In this document: positions 14,631 to 14,913 of the stretch, piece by piece
Position numbering within the stretch: position 1 is the first letter of the stretch
How the letters are laid out: each line of letters opens with the position of its first letter
Assembly: GCA_041496385.1 (NCBI GenBank)
Contig: JBGQEL010000106.1
Coordinates: 1-14,913 of the forward strand
Direction: 5' to 3'
Source of the DNA: Candidatus Methylomirabilia bacterium
GTDB taxonomy: Bacteria > Methylomirabilota > Methylomirabilia > Rokubacteriales > CSP1-6
DNA: 14,913 bases
Notes under the pieces: model-generated
What the model saw: the letters and a program-made list of their open reading frames with translations, nothing else
Databases searched by the model: none
Told to the model about the DNA's origin: nothing
Translations under genes and position numbers: made by a program

Positions 14631-14913
14631 TCAGTGGCGCCGGTTCCCATCGACCAGGAAATCGAACGCGCGCTGCCAGGTCACCGGCGAGTTGAGAATG
14701 CCGAGGTGCGCCGAGCCCAGGACGTCGTCGTACACCCCCTGCCCGACCAGGTTGACCTCGTGCGCCCCCTCGAGCCTGGCACTCTGCGAGAAGTCGTGCG
14801 GGTTGCCTTCCCGGTCCTGCGCGGGCACGGGCGGGAACACGCCGTCCTGCACCGAGAAGTACACGAAGCTCGTGTCGGCGTTCCGGATCACGAGGTACCG
14901 GGTGGGCCCGGGG
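14631..14913 (-). CDS. C-terminal fragment of a probable alpha/beta-fold hydrolase (lipase/esterase-like); start lies outside the window
   Basis: The frame stays open to the window edge: PGPTRYLVIRNAD...SARLEGAHEVNL...AHLGILNSPVTWQRAFDFL. S..L.GA..V followed by H..I near the C-terminus resembles small lipases. The nucleophile motif is not visible. Confidence 0.55.
   Translation of the reverse strand, partial: PGPTRYLVIRNADTSFVYFSVQDGVFPPVPAQDREGNPHDFSQSARLEGAHEVNLVGQGVYDDVLGSAHLGILNSPVTWQRAFDFLVDGNRRH

Overview
GC-rich (~70%) bacterial chromosomal segment, densely coding, with no rRNA, tRNA, CRISPR array or transposase. The gene style resembles Ca. Rokubacteria/Methylomirabilota-type soil bacteria, but this is a weak inference. 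From left to right: (1) the 5' end of an enoyl-CoA hydratase gene (-). (2) A tightly coupled five-gene catabolic operon: luciferase-like monooxygenase, tandem VOC protein, CMD/AhpD-like protein, amidohydrolase, enoyl-thioester-reductase-like MDR. (3) A stand-alone secreted protein that looks like a miniature tailspike with a Peptidase G2-type autocleaving chaperone domain, preceded by a sigma54-type promoter and a palindromic upstream site. (4) An orphan TPP-dependent E1 alpha subunit. (5) A 164-bp collapsed CaiB/BaiF CoA-transferase pseudogene. (6) A TfdA-like dioxygenase. (7) A lower-GC Tat-signal protein whose C-terminus copies the DUF1559 prepilin hydrophobic helix. (8) An AHL-lactonase-family MBL hydrolase. 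(9) A 19-codon lysine-rich ORF, missing from the ORF track, in frame with and directly upstream of a Uup-like ABC-F ATPase. (10) On the minus strand, a lipoprotein MBL hydrolase, a DHA2 MFS efflux pump and the 3' end of a probable alpha/beta hydrolase. The best leads are the poly-Lys leader/ABC-F pair, the Tat protein with a pilin-like tail, and the sigma54-driven mini-spike. All family assignments come from motif recognition by eye, not database searches.
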